Part shown: in pieces, positions 26,004-38,000 of the stretch
How positions within the stretch are numbered: the stretch's first letter is position 1
Layout: the number at the start of each line of letters is the position of its first letter
Assembly: GCA_905178155.1 (NCBI GenBank)
Contig: CAJINV010000023.1
Coordinates: forward strand, 293,874 to 357,873
DNA from: Amoebophrya sp. A120
Taxonomy: Eukaryota; Protista; Dinoflagellata
DNA: 64,000 nt
Reading direction: 5' to 3'
Translations under genes and position numbers: made by a program
Notes under the pieces: model-generated
The model's database searches: none
Told to the model about the DNA's origin: nothing
Seen by the model: the letters and a program-made list of their open reading frames with translations, nothing else

Positions 26004-28525
26004 GTTTTGACGAATTTGAGTCGTGGAGGTCTACCTGGCGTGGCTGCGAAGATTGATGATTATTTGAAAGAAGTCCTTGTGAACTACGCGCCATTGGCAA
26101 AGAACTCGAATAATAGGAGAAGTGGAGGTGGTGGAAGAGGCGGCGTGCGCAATCGACGAATGGAGAAGATTTCAAAAGAAGAACTACGTGTACAATAATG
26201 TCAACCAGACGGAAAAACCGACGAAGATTCTGTAAAAAAATGAATTTTGGATTGCAAAAAATAAAATTTTGAATTTTGAGCTCGATGCACAAGCACAACT
26301 TTATTTCAACCAAGCGCGAGCAGTTTCTAGCACGAGGAAAATAGATATTGATTTATCGGACAAAACAAGGAGGGCGGACGATGGGATGATGAGAAATTAT
26401 GTGGATGCAAATGTATTACTATTAGCGCGAGCAGCAGTTATCACGCAAATAAATATTGGATAAAATAAGGAGGGTGGACGATGGGATGATGAGAAATGTG
26501 GATGCAGAATAAAATTTGATTGGGGATGAAATGGTGGTGAAGGTGATGATGTGGTGGAAGAAAGAGGATTTGGCATTCTAGGACTAGAGGCTGACATCAC
26601 TACACGCGCATCATGGTAGTTCTGTGTGCGACGAGAAAGTCAGTCGCATGCTGCGGAGATGTTTCCGTCTGTTTGTGCGTTTTGCAAAGAAGCTGGGTGC
26701 AGCTGCGGGTTGTCGAGGGCTATTCGCTCCCATTCGCAACCACGCTGACCCAGCTTGAGATCTCACACATCTCACACTGTGGTCCACCACAGCACTGTGG
26801 AAGTAGATGATGACGGCGAAAACTAGTCTTTAACCAGGGATGATGAATGGGAACTATTTCCATTCGATGTTGACTAGTGCTAGAAGAATCTGTATGATTT
26901 GTAAGATTATTTTCGCGTTATGTTTCGTTTCTGTTTCATCTGATTGCAGAAGAAGGTGGATGTTTCTCTCCTTGAGGAGAAAGACGCCGGACTGGACAGG
27001 AAGACTAGAATGCCAGGCCATCTATACGAAACTACACCTAATATTCTTGAATAACAAGCACGATTTTTGGTATGACGAAAAATTATGGTTGAATAGCTCA
27101 AGGCCAGACTCGTGACGTCCACAGACTAACAAGTTCTTTGCTGCGTTTGTTTACGCCGCGCTGCAGTGTTCGAGGCAAGATGCAATGGTTTCTTTGAACA
27201 AAATGAAAACGTTGGTCGCCACTCACCCTCACGCTTTTCTCGTGGGTAGTTTGCGTATATGTTATTGGAGGTGCAGCTCTGTCTTTGCCAGAGATCTCAG
27301 TTACTATTTTCAGGTCAACCACACTCTTCCAAAGGCAAAGCTCGAAGGTCATAAAAATCAAATTTTTCTACGTGCGTTGTGGCGGTCAACAATTTGCACT
27401 TCGTCGGATCCTGTTGCAGTTTTTATGCAGCTCTTCGATCGATCCGGCGCCGATCTAAATCACTGATATGGTATGGTAAGTCAGTAAGTAGTTGGAATAA
27501 ACTCGGTGTTTTTGCACGACCGGATCATGTCCATCTCCGCTAAACGGAGATCCAAGTTGTTGTAGCTTCATCTCTACTTCTGTGTTTAAGCATTGATTGG
27601 TCCGCTTTTGATCGGACGATCTGATCCCCTTTTATAATTTTGACAACCTGTTTCCTCGTAGGTGCGTGTGTTGTTTCGTTGTTCGGAGGTTGTGTAGTTA
27701 AGACGCAGTTGCAGAGGAAAAATTGAAAATGAAGATAGAGCGCAAAAAACAAGCGTTCCAATCGACATGTTCGAGAAGAAGGACAACCTCATCCGAGAGA
27801 GGCCTCAGTCGACATCCAGCTCGGCGACACGAGGAGGAGAAAGTCCGGCCTTCATCATGTTCGACCTGCATGCTTCGCAAGTAGAAGTGAACTACTGCTC
27901 AGGGTATGATTTAATAAAGCCGGTAGTAAGTAGTTGTTTGCAGTTTGATTGTTTTCGTTGTTGAGTAGCCATTAGTTTAGATGTTCTCTCATCCTGGAAG
28001 GGGACCGCAGAAGATCTGCGCATCTAAAGAGCCAGTAATTTGTCCTTGAAAGAATCTATATTCATGGGAAATACCGCAACTTGCACGACTCAATCTCCAT
28101 CGACACAAAAATATATCATCTACTACAGGTACAGGTCGCCACGCGCAGTCCAACGTGTTCTTGGAGCAGGAAGCAAATTCCTGATTCTGCACGAGTTGTG
28201 GCATCACCCCACCGGCATCATGATGCAGGCGTTTTCATTTCCCGTCAATTCACGCGGCGCGACATGAGGATCTTCACTTTGACGCAGCTAGTCTTCGCAA
28301 CAAGATACTAGCCCTTCAAGGCCTGTGGTGCGTCTTGTTTGACAACTACCTCCTCGGCCGTACTGTAAAAGTTCTGCCTCGCCGCGAAGCATCTTCTCCG
28401 CGTTGATGTCCATCATGCAAAGCACCTGCCCCCCACAAGATGGCCGAGGGCATCAACAACGTGTCATCTTCGCGAGATCGAGACCGTCGCGGCCTCCCGC
28501 CTAGGCTAACAAGAAGCTCAAGCCC

Positions 28526-28808
28526 ATATCAACTGCAAAAATGTCTGGGTCTGGAAGATTCTGACACTTGTCATGCGCGTTTTGCATGAGCTGCGTTTTG
28601 CATGAGCCCTGATGCCTGTGATGCATGCCCTAGCAATACAGATTTTTTGAGTGCTTCTTGATGCCTATGCCGCATGACAAATGCCTTCTCAGCGTAGCAA
28701 AAATTGCATTCCCTTTGGTACTCATGCAATACAGATTTTTTTGGAAAACAAACGCAGCATCACAAGTTGCATTCTTCCAGACCTAGACATTTTTACATTT
28801 GATAGTCC
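28526..28808. mobile_element. Introner-like TIR element, family A
   Basis: Family A TIR; DR GCCCA/GTCCA; host gene unresolved. Confidence 0.85.
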
Positions 28809-28878
28809 AGGAATGAAGCACATCTTCCACGTCGACAACGAGCACGAGACGGACACCGCACGACGCATAAACATATTC

Positions 28879-29060
28879 ATATGCATGGCAAAAATATCGT
28901 ACTACTAGTGAAAATTGCATGACAAAATTTGCCAAGAAGAAGAAAAGTGGGATGTGTATTGCTGATTTCCCAGAAGATAGGCGCTTTCGATTTGTCATTC
29001 CTACCGGCAAAATTCCTAGTACTACGACTACGAGTGCGATACTTTTGCACCGTATAATTC
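28879..29060. mobile_element. Introner-like TIR element, family B
   Basis: Family B TIR; DR ATTCA; host gene unresolved. Confidence 0.8.
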
Positions 29061-29908
29061 ATATTTCGCATAGAAGCAACCTTTTTGCAGCTGGGGATGG
29101 AGCTTGGCTGCTGGAGCACCAGTGCCGGTTTTGTGAGTTACGTACTTGTTTAAAGATGGACTAAGTCCGTGAAGATCATGAGACCACTACGTTTATCTCA
29201 TCAGAAGCTTTTCAACATATCACGCATCCACCTAATGGACTATACGGATTGCCTACTTTCGCAGACAAAGTAGAGCATGTGCACAAAGAAAGGAGAAGAA
29301 GAGAAACCACCAGGACCGATGAAAATACAATCAGATATGAAAAACCTCTTGGTTGATCTTTTGGCGACAACAATCAGCTTTTATCATGGCAATGTCTTAT
29401 TTTCATACATCATGCGTGTCAAACATACATCCTACATGATCTACTAAAAGGATGACACACAAGAACTGCCACCTACATTATTGGTTTTGCTTTTCGTTTT
29501 TTTTTCGAATGAGGCTGAAAGGAATATCATGTAGGGAAATAGCTCTTGCACGCCGAACGGTGAAGGTGAACACAGTCACAATGCTTTAAAATTCTTTTGT
29601 GTCCCCTCACACGGAGACGACATTTTTTAGGTTGAAAATCGACGTTAGGGTCGTGCAAAAATCTCAATAATCTAGACGAGTCAGGTCCGTCTCGGGCAGA
29701 AAGTTGATTGTAATGTGGCAGCGCATGTTGCACCACTACCACAAGCACATCAGCCTCACCTTTCCTTCGCGAGCCAAAAAAGGATGAACTTACTCATTAC
29801 TTGTTTTTCGAAAAAATAGAAAAGTCTGAAGCTCATCAACCTCTCAACTTCAAGTAGAATTCTTTTGTGTCCCTTCAAACCACGACGACATAGCTTGTTG
29901 CATATTCT

Positions 29909-29930
29909 TCCGTAGCCATTTTGGCTCAAG
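29909..29930 (+). other. Genomic copy of the dinoflagellate spliced leader (DinoSL), probably relict
   Basis: Exact TCCGTAGCCATTTTGGCTCAAG, matching DCCGTAGCCATTTTGGCTCAAG; followed by AAGCG rather than a GT donor. Confidence 0.9.
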
Positions 29931-30407
29931 AAGCGTCGGGTAAAAAGATTTGTTTTGCTTTGATAAGTTACGGCATTTTTATCATGGATGAATGGCGGTC
30001 GTTATGGACCAAGACTGACAATGAAGTCATCGTGTGAAGGCTCGACTTCTTTTCTCTGGCTGCGTACATCTGAATTTTAGTACCAGTCCCTAGTCATTGA
30101 CATCATCTGTACGGTGGAGAAACTTGGTCGTCTTGATCCGAGATCCCCTCCCTCCATCTTAAGCACTTCTTCAACGCACGACTGAAGTCTACGTTCGATT
30201 CCACCTTTCTACGGGACATCTACTCATCCCCTTGATTAATTGATCGTCTTGCAGTTGCGCGCCAGTCTGCTTGTTTTCCCCGAAGAACAAAAAGAAAAAA
30301 GTGCGGACACACGACGAAGGAGGTACCCCCTCCTGGAGCAGAATCAGCAGAATTTTGTCCCCTCACACGACGAGGACATTTAGGATCAGAGGTTGCTGCA
30401 AATTTTT

Positions 30408-30480
30408 CTTCTGTGGTCTGTTGAAAGCATATTCTTCTGTGGTCTGTTGAAAGTATAAATTATTCTGTGGTCTGTTCAAA
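30408..30480. repeat. Short tandem repeat TTCTGTGGTCTGTT x3
   Basis: Three copies about 25-30 nt apart. Confidence 0.8.
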
Positions 30481-32040
30481 GAACGAAAGCTCTGTCAATC
30501 CATTTTCTGTACCTCCGCTGAAACGAAAACTGCAAGAGAAGTTTTGAAGAACGAAAAGCGAAGTATCTTTCCACGTTAGTTTGAGACCTGGCTACGTGCT
30601 GACCCAATTGCGTTGTGTGTGTTCTGCGCTGATGAGCATTCAAAATGGAGTGGAACACGCCGGTTACTGTCCCGGTCTGCTAGATGATACGAAGTTCTAA
30701 GGCACAGGACCACGACGTATGTGTCGCTGAAACCAGGGTATTTGAGTCTATTTCATCGCTATTCCAGTAGCGCTGGGTACTTGATCGTGCAGAAGGCACG
30801 GCAGATGAGAGATGACGAAAAATAACACCTCGGAAACGTCGGTTCATCATTGAAATAGTGCGTATTCATTGCTAGAAACGATGGGCTACTCGTACTCATT
30901 GCAGAAGCCTCACCTCCCAAAGATATAACTCGATCGTCTGCGTTTTCACGTGCATTCTCTCGTCCAGAAACATTCTTTCACAGAACCCACTAAGTAAATC
31001 GCCCGAATGTTCTTTTTTGTACTCCCACACGAATAGACTTAGACGAAAAAATCACGTATAGAAGTAGTGTGGGTGTTCACGTTGTAGTATGCGTGGTCTT
31101 CCGCTCCTTCCCCGTAGTATTGACAGTCGCATGATGTTGGATCGATCAGTTATTAGTAGCTCGTTTCGTTTTGACCAAGGGAAGAGAGATCATCGATTGC
31201 GCTCGAGAAGTCGGGAGGCAGTTACGTACTTGGCATCACCACTGAAAGGAAGCCGACGTTCTTTTGAAGATCGGAAGCGTAATATGAATCTCATCTAGGA
31301 GTGGATCAGGCCCTTTCGACCGACTTTCAAAACAATGAAAATAGACTTCTTTTTTTGGTCTGCACCCGGGTTGGCGGTTGATGTGGTGTGGAGAGAGTTC
31401 GTTCATCGATAATTGAGCTGTACTTAGAAAGATGCGACAACAGAAGTACAGTCTGACTCTGGTACAGCTCTTCTAGCGACGCGGTTCTCCTTTACGTGGC
31501 ACAGGTTATTCGTTGCGGCCCGACAAGAATACCAGGACCGCCACTTCGACGTGGTTCCTCCAGTGTTGCTGAGCCAGTGGAGGCCGAGCATCAACCGCGT
31601 TGTGAGCTACTCTCTCATCGGGCTCCTGCAGCGAAGCTCCGGTTCCCCACCCCGCAGGGTGACTTCGTTTTCCGCGTTCCCTCATTATTTAACTCCGTGG
31701 TCGTTGAGGAGAGCGTCTTTATTTCGCGATCTCGAGTGGACTTTCAGCTGCCGCGTCGTTGCCAGTAGAGGACCGCGACTCCAGCGCTGCAACACGAAAA
31801 ACCGCAAGAGCAGCGCGACGAAGGACCACACGGAAGCAGGAGGCGACGTGCTCGCCCTCGTGATTTTTGCGGCAGCTTGTTGCTCCTACGGCTGGTACGA
31901 GGCAGTCGGACTACCTCCACGTGAACGAAGGACCGACTGGCCGAACTTTGCCTTCGCCGCCCCAGCCGACGATCTTCTTCTACCCTCGGACAAGAAGCAC
32001 TTGATCCCACCCGCACTACCCCCACCACCACCGACCCACC

Positions 32041-35000
32041 ATGGCGACCGCCGGTACGCGGAAGACCCGCAAGACGGGCATGATGGCGATGTCCGAGGAG
32101 GAGAAAAGGAGAAACAGCATGGAATTGCTGGAAGAGGAGAAAAAAGCCACCGACTTGAGTATGAATCTGTCAGGATTGAAATCGTCAAAGTTGAAATGGT
32201 TTGTCATGCATAAAATGCAAGGCATGAAGTGCCTGTCCTGCTGGGATGGCAAGTGAGGCAGATTGTGAGCCTATTCAGGGTTCGGGATAGAGTTGCCAAA
32301 GGAGCATGACAAAAGCACTTCTCTGTGCCCAAACAGCATGACAAATTGGATTTTGGTGCTCCGAAAATTTGTATCCATTTTATGCATGACAAATTATTTC
32401 AACTTTGTCGATTTCAAACCTGACGCTTCCATATTGATTTTCGACCTCGTGCGGTCCGGCACGCTTTTAGAAGAGCTCGACCAGGTTGATGTCACCCTCC
32501 TGCCAAAAATCAAGGACGTCTTCCAGAACACGCCGTTCCTCTGCGCCGCCGAATGCAAGAAAACGGACATCATGGCGTTTTTACTCGGGATATGAACTGC
32601 AAAAGTTAAAGTATCGTACTCGTATAAATGCATGACAAATTCTCTCAGCGTGAGAAATGAAATTTGCAATGCGGATTTACGTTGCGAAAAAAACTTGCGG
32701 TGCGTGACTGCAATACGAGTGCGATGCTTTTGCACTTGATACGGGAAGCAGGTATCCGAAGTCGGAGAAGTGTGTGCGAATACGGGCAACACCGCGTTGC
32801 ATCTGTCCGTTTTGAACGGAAATTTTGCCGGTGTGGAGCTGCTGTTGGGAAAGAAAGCCGAGCTGAACATCGCAAATAACGTCGGGTGGACACCGGTAAT
32901 TATGATTTTGAAATTCAATCTCAAACAGCAGCTGAAAATGCAAAATTTAAAGTTTTTGGAAGGCTTACATTCTGTACCTGTGCCATGGTGTGAATTTCGT
33001 TTCTCTGCTACTAGAAAGACTTGCTCAACATTGCTCGCTGAAAAGAGATCTATTCCGTTTTCCGAAAAAAAACAGCACCAAACATCAAAACCAAGGTTTT
33101 CCTCGCAGTTGCGCACAACCAGCCACAGTTGCTCACCTCGTTGATCCAGGCCAAGGCCGACTATGCAATGCAAAAGTATCGTACTCGTATAAATGCATTA
33201 CAAATTAGTCCAGCACTACAAATTCAAATTTGTAATGCTGATTTACCTTGAGGAAAAGATTTGTAATGCATAAATGCAATTACTACGAGTGCGATACTTT
33301 TGCACTGGATACCGACATCGCCAACGCCATCGACCAGGACGGCAATACACCCTTGCACCTCGTATCAAACGCAAATATGTCTGGGTCTGGAAGATTGATT
33401 CCGAGGTCTGTCATGCAGTTTGTCCAAGCTCCACCAAGTCTGGAATGCAGGGCCTAGCATCACAGGATCTGCAGCCCCTCTGTGATGCCTGTTTCGCATG
33501 AGAAATGCCCTTTCAGCATGGCGTGAAATGTTGCGCACCTTTTGCAAGTCACGCAACACAGATTTTTGCATGATCCGGAACATGCATCGCAAGTTGCATC
33601 CTTGCAGAGGCCCCAGACATATTTGCAATGCATAGCTCGCTTGCCAGTATAACAACGTCGATTTGACGTCCCAACTAGTCCTCAACCAAGCGAACCCGGA
33701 CGCAAGGAATTTCGACGGCCTCACCCCCCTAGACAACGCGCAGGAGCACGAGATCTGCAAGGCTTTTCTCCGGGAGGTGCTGGCGCAGAACCAGCAGTTG
33801 ATCTACGCGGCGCGGGACGGTGACACCACGAAAATCACGGAGATACTAGAAGACAACCCGTTACTGGTCAGGTTAGACAAGCGGGTAGACGGGATGTCCG
33901 CTTTGGAGTGGGCGGTGATGATATGCAACGAAAAAACTTAAACTGTTTCCCTGTGGTGATTTTGCACAATCTGCATCACAAGTTTGTTACGCATGACACG
34001 GAAAATCTTTAATGCGGGGTTCCAAAGGAAAAACACAGCTAGAAATCAATTGTCTTGCATGTGTGGCATGACACACACTTGTGCGATCCATTTTCTGCAT
34101 CACAAGTTCACAGTGAGGCATTTTCTTCTTGCGATAGATGAACGGGCACTATGAAGCCGTGCAAGAACTGGTGTCCAGTGGCGCGTACTGCAACATCCCA
34201 AGTCTGCAGAACTTTTTGAAGGTATAAAGTACTTATCAGATTTCAGAAGTTTGTCATGCCCATGCGCTGCGTCCTGCATGAAATTTTTGTGTCATGCTAG
34301 GTATCCTAACACTTCTAAAGATACGCTTTTCAATTTCACATCTAAACAAAAAATAGGTAAACGTCGACGACAATGAGACGCAGGATATGGTTCTCGAGGC
34401 CCTTTCCTGGAACGAAAATCTCCAGCTGGCCCTGAAGCAGGCCAACTGGGATGTGGCGTACACGTTAGTCGACAAGTCTGCCTGTGTTACTTCCCAGGAA
34501 CCCTTTACCGGCCGCACGCCCCTGCACATCGCGTGCTCCCACCTGCAGGAGGAGTGTCCGTTCGACCTCGTGTCGCTGTTAATCACGAAAAAATCGGACC
34601 TGACCGCCCGCGATGTGAACGGATGGACGCCGCTGCTCTGCGCGGCCAACGAGTATCAAATGCAAAAATGTCTGGGTCTGGAGGGATCCAACTTGTGATG
34701 CATGTGGCGGATCATACAAAAATCTGTGATGCGCGACTTGCAAAAGGTGCCAATTTTTGGTCATGCTGAGAGGGTATTTCTCATGCAGAACAGGCATCAC
34801 CAATGGGCTGCAGATCCTGTCATGCTAGGTCCTGCATTCCAGACTTGGCGGAGCTTGGAAAAACAGCATGACAAACTCCTGGACTCATCGAGACCCAGAC
34901 ATGTTTGCATTTGATAACGAGGGCCACTACACCACCTGCGCGTGATATCCAAGAAAAAAACGTTGTTAGTGTAAATTTGTGATGCGTAGTAACATGCAAG

Positions 35001-38000
35001 ATGATTGCGTCGTAAGGCTCATTAAAGGACGTTTTCGCGTACTATCTGCGCATGACAAGTTTTTGCTGTCATGCCAGACAAATTTGTAATGCTGGTCCTC
35101 CAAAAAAGTTACACCTACCACGTTTTTTTCTTGGATACGTGTATTCTGAAGCACGCGACCATGCAGACCCCGGCGCCACCACCGGGGCAGACGCAGGAGA
35201 AAGTCACGGTCGCGAACTCGGTGCTGCAGCCAATATTGAGAGCAAAATCCCCCGTCCCCATGTCGAAAGGGTATGTTTCCGAAAATTTGTGATGCTGATT
35301 TGAGAGCACAAATCACGTCTGTCTTGCAAGAAGACAAGCGCAGAGGCTTCCGCGCCATTATGGAAGCGATTATTTGGCATGCTGTTGGCCCTAGGGGGCA
35401 GCCGTTTGAAATGCTAAACAACTAGACCCAAACGCCCCTACCTAGGCTGAGGGTCTGGATGCGCTGCCTTATTACAAGACAGCGCGCATTTACGTACGGA
35501 AATCCAGCATCAGAAACTTCGTCTCGATATGTGGAGGGGGGATTTTTCCTCACGATAGCCAAACTTCGAAAACGTGTCGCCAATATCAACGGCCATCATG
35601 CGGGACGATGTGGTTCTAATCCGGATATGCATTGCAAAAGTATCGTACTCGTGTAGTACTTGCAGTTCTGCATATACAAATCTAAATTGTTAAGCTGAAT
35701 CCGCATTGCAAATTCAATTTGTAATGCTGAGCAAATTTGTATTGCAATTTGTACCAGTACGAGGCTCTTGCAATCCATACCGGATCTTCGCCGATCACGT
35801 GGAAATGAACAAGGACTCTTTTGCGCGGATGGAGCTCGCACCCTGGACCGATTTGGCAGGAGAAGGGGGGAAGCCGGCAGTGGCCTTTTTGCTCTTTCAC
35901 ACCATGAGCTTCCAGTTCAAGTGCGAGGTAACTATGATACGTAGACTGAATGGCTCGATTTGTTCAGCGTGTAATTGCGGTCTTGAAACCTGTTCATCCG
36001 CCGTGAATACTTGATTTTGGATGCACATGCAGAAAAGTGCATCACAGATCGTGTGTTGTACCTAAGTAGCAATACACATTTTTCTGTAAATACAAATCAG
36101 GTAAAGCAAATTACGCCGTACGTGATGAAGTGCGCCACTAACGCGTTGCAGAGGTCACACCTATCCCACGGGAAAATTTAACACCTAGGTTGTCTACTAG
36201 GAATGTCGCTTGTTGTGTTGCAGTTTTTGCAAAGCCAAACAGGTGGCTATAACAATTGTGCCTTCTGCAGCACAAACAGGCGATCCTTTGCAAATTGTAG
36301 AAGGAATCGTGATCTCTGAGCATAGGTTTTATTTAAGTTGATTGTCGAGCAAGAGCAAGATTGGTAAAATTTTCCCTGGCACATTTTCGCAAAAGAGAAC
36401 ACTTCCGAACAGCAAAAGCCATCTTGGAGGCCACTGCACCGGCAGACGAATACGAGAAAGTCAATTGGGAGAGGGTATAAACTGAATAAATTTAAATCCT
36501 GCTGCTTGAAACAATTTTTTTGTCATGCGGAACTGGGTACGGGAACAATGAATTCGACTACATGCGGGCTTGTGCATGTGAATGTTGTACCACTAGCAAT
36601 ATTCTTATAGAGGCCGTGCGATTAATGGACCCCCTTTTCGGTACCGAAAAGGGGGGGGTAGGTGCGGTCGGTCATCTGGCCGCATCCAAAAATGGTCGCG
36701 TCCCTCCGGACCCGACCGATTTTCGGAATTTAAAAATCGAAAACGCAAATGCGTAACTCCCCCAACCCGGCGAAATAAGTTCTGTTTTGTTTTCAGCGGT
36801 TTCTCAGCGGTTATAATCTCTGCTGCTGCGGTTCCTGCAGCGGCGTGGCTGGAAGTAGAACAGAACGAAACAGAACAACATAAGTTTCGTGGGGCGCACA
36901 CAGCGCGCGCGTGGATTGGCTTATGTTTGCAACAACGCAAGAAGCATCAGGCGCACGCCGTGCGCGCGCAAACTGAAAAAAAAAAAATGCCGCGCGCGCC
37001 GCGTGCGCGCGGCGAAGAGCATGCGTCGTGCATGGCTATGTCAGGACGCTGCGAAGCATTTGCACACAGCTGGAGCTGGCTTCGTGCAGTTCGATGCACT
37101 TCTACTTCAGCAGGCCCACTGCGAATACGAGAAAGTCAATTGGGAGAGGGTATAAATTGAATAAATCCTGCTGCTTCATCAGTTTCATTGCATAAACGAA
37201 AAAAACAAACTTTTTGTCATGCGGAACTGGGTAGGGAAACAAATTGTTTCCCTACCCAGCCCGCATATTTATAGTCGAGTTCATTGTTTAACAATGAACT
37301 CGACTATAAATATGCGGGCTTGTGAATCATGCGAACGTACCACGAGCAATATTTTCAAGTAGAATCGCCACCAGAATTTCATGTGATATATGTGATCGTT
37401 CGCACGTTTTCAAAATAAAAGTGCTGTACAAACTCCATCTCTGTCAGGTATTCAGCCAAGCCCCGGACAAATTTAAAGAGCTGTTGGAGTTCGAGCTGGA
37501 GGTGGCCGTGCGTGACAGCCGACCGAAGGCAAAAGCAAAGGGCAAAGCGACCGGAAACAGCAGCACAACGTCACCCGCCAAAGCTGCGCCGGCGGTTACG
37601 AAACAAGAGACGGAGAAGAAGACAAACCGGAAAGGAAGTCTCACGGGTGACATATCGAATGCAAAAATGGCTGGGTCTGGAAAAGTGCAACTTGTGTTGC
37701 TTGTCTAGCATTCCTGAAAAACCTGTCTTGCATGAGCAGCAAAAGAACAGCTTCCTCGGTCAGGCAAAAACGCAATTTGTAATGCGTGCTAGGCATCAGA
37801 GAGCGTCCCATAAACTTGTCATGCTTGGCTGCGATTGCTAGCGCTACTTCAATCATCCGCAATTCAGCATCACAGGTTTATTCCAGACCCAAACATGTTT
37901 GCATTTGATACGACAAGAAGGGTGACAAAAAACGAAAAACAGGTGAAGAGGAAGACATCATGGCCGGTTTTTTCGGCAGCATGCAGAAACTCAGGTGTCA

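Noticed and set aside
27965-27973. Partial spliced-leader matches (GTAGCCATT here, TTTGGCTCAAG near 15573)
   Set aside because: Too short to distinguish from chance, and the second lies in an inferred coding exon.
28405-29155. Gene model around the two elements at 28.5-29.1 kb
   Set aside because: After removal, short frames are open on both strands with no recognisable product, so the strand cannot be decided.
31551-32213. 220-aa ORF overlapping the start of the ankyrin gene
   Set aside because: It is in a different frame from the one that splices into ankyrin repeats and runs into the first introner; probably UTR or a shadow ORF.
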